Made by a program: the position numbers and the translations under genes | Shown: one piece after another, positions 63,605 through 64,000 of the stretch | Layout of the letters: each line of letters starts with the position of its first letter | How positions within the stretch are numbered: position 1 is the stretch's first letter | Assembly: GCA_037143855.1 (NCBI GenBank) | Contig: JBAWXX010000001.1 | Location: forward strand, 43,675-107,674 | From: Verrucomicrobiota bacterium | GTDB lineage: Bacteria; Verrucomicrobiota; Verrucomicrobiia; Chthoniobacterales; Chthoniobacteraceae | Length of the DNA stretch: 64,000 nucleotides | Direction: 5' to 3' | Notes under the pieces: model-generated | Told to the model about the DNA's origin: nothing | The model's input: only the letters and a program-made list of their open reading frames with translations | Databases searched by the model: none

Positions 63605-64000
63605 ATGCTTTTCCGGCGTCTCCTCCTTTTTGCGATAGCCCTTTCCCTCGCCGCCGAACCAGCTTATTCCCAAATCTGGCTCCAGCGCTACCTGCGGGAA
63701 CGCCACGCCAAGGAAGAAGCGAAAAAAGCCGCCGAAGCCGAAAAAGCCCTGAGCACCGCTGAAACTCCCGGGGAAGAAATTCGCCGAGCCGAGCCGGTCA
63801 ACCCTGCCGATCCGACACTCCCGCCCTCCGGCGACTCCTTCGCCCTCGCTCCCGACGGATCAGCGCTCCCCATTCGCAAAGCCGAGCCCGTCACCCCCGA
63901 AGCCCCCTCTCCCGAGACCGTGGAGCCCGTTCGTGTCGCCGAACCGGTCGCCCCCAGCCTCGCCGCCACCCCGCCCCCGAGCGTCCTCGAACCGCTCGCC
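63605..64000 (+). CDS. 5' part of an exported Pro/Glu-rich protein, possibly TonB-like; it runs off the window edge
   Basis: ATG at 63605, open to the window end. Signal or anchor sequence MLFRRLLLFAIALSLAAEPAYS is followed by a charged Pro-rich linker. Its position downstream of exbB-exbD suggests a TonB/TolA-type partner. Confidence 0.4.
   Translation, partial: MLFRRLLLFAIALSLAAEPAYSQIWLQRYLRERHAKEEAKKAAEAEKALSTAETPGEEIRRAEPVNPADPTLPPSGDSFALAPDGSALPIRKAEPVTPEAPSPETVEPVRVAEPVAPSLAATPPPSVLEPLA

Overview
High-GC chromosomal window. All homology calls come from motif and pattern recognition by eye; no searches were run. The gene content suggests a PVC-type (Verrucomicrobiota-like) bacterium, but that is inference only.

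Housekeeping core genes:
- M16 peptidase, floA, moeB-rhodanese, mnmE, lpxA, and a TamB-like/S2P protease pair.
- An RND efflux pair, bioF, a D-Ala-D-Ala carboxypeptidase, proC, gltX, uvrC and exbBD.
- One tRNA-Leu(CAA).

Complex-I operon (40003-52023): 12 genes in the order nuoB-C-D-I-H-J-K-L-M-M'-N-A. It has no nuoEFG, two nuoM paralogs, a long nuoL, and nuoA in last position.

Accessory block (about 6.3-19.3 kb), visibly more A+T-rich than its flanks:
- (i) A tightly packed four-gene operon. It encodes an exported Cys-Cys-bearing NHL beta-propeller, an exported Cys-rich PhnD-fold binding protein, a Tat-exported NapG/MauM-like tetra-[4Fe-4S] ferredoxin and a NapH/MauN-like membrane polyferredoxin. 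No known catalytic partner is present. This is my best candidate for an undescribed periplasmic redox system.
- (ii) Three large secreted putative glycoside hydrolases. Two of them share an uncharacterised paralogous module.

Repeats:
- The accessory block, tRNA-Leu and floA are bracketed by two apparently identical 169-bp palindromic elements in inverted orientation (4068-4236 and 19359-19528).
- Two diverged copies of the same family lie at about 21.9 kb and 25.9 kb.
- Other small repeat families are present, including a 167-bp TIR-bounded insert between the RND adaptor and pump genes.

Other notable items are an in-frame LMW-PTP/RpiB/SHMT triple fusion, a membrane-tethered sigma-like protein, and a small nucleotidyltransferase module wedged between nuoA and bioF.

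I saw no rRNA, CRISPR array, transposase, integrase or phage genes. Many long ORFs in the track are antisense shadows of real genes, as is typical of high-GC DNA.
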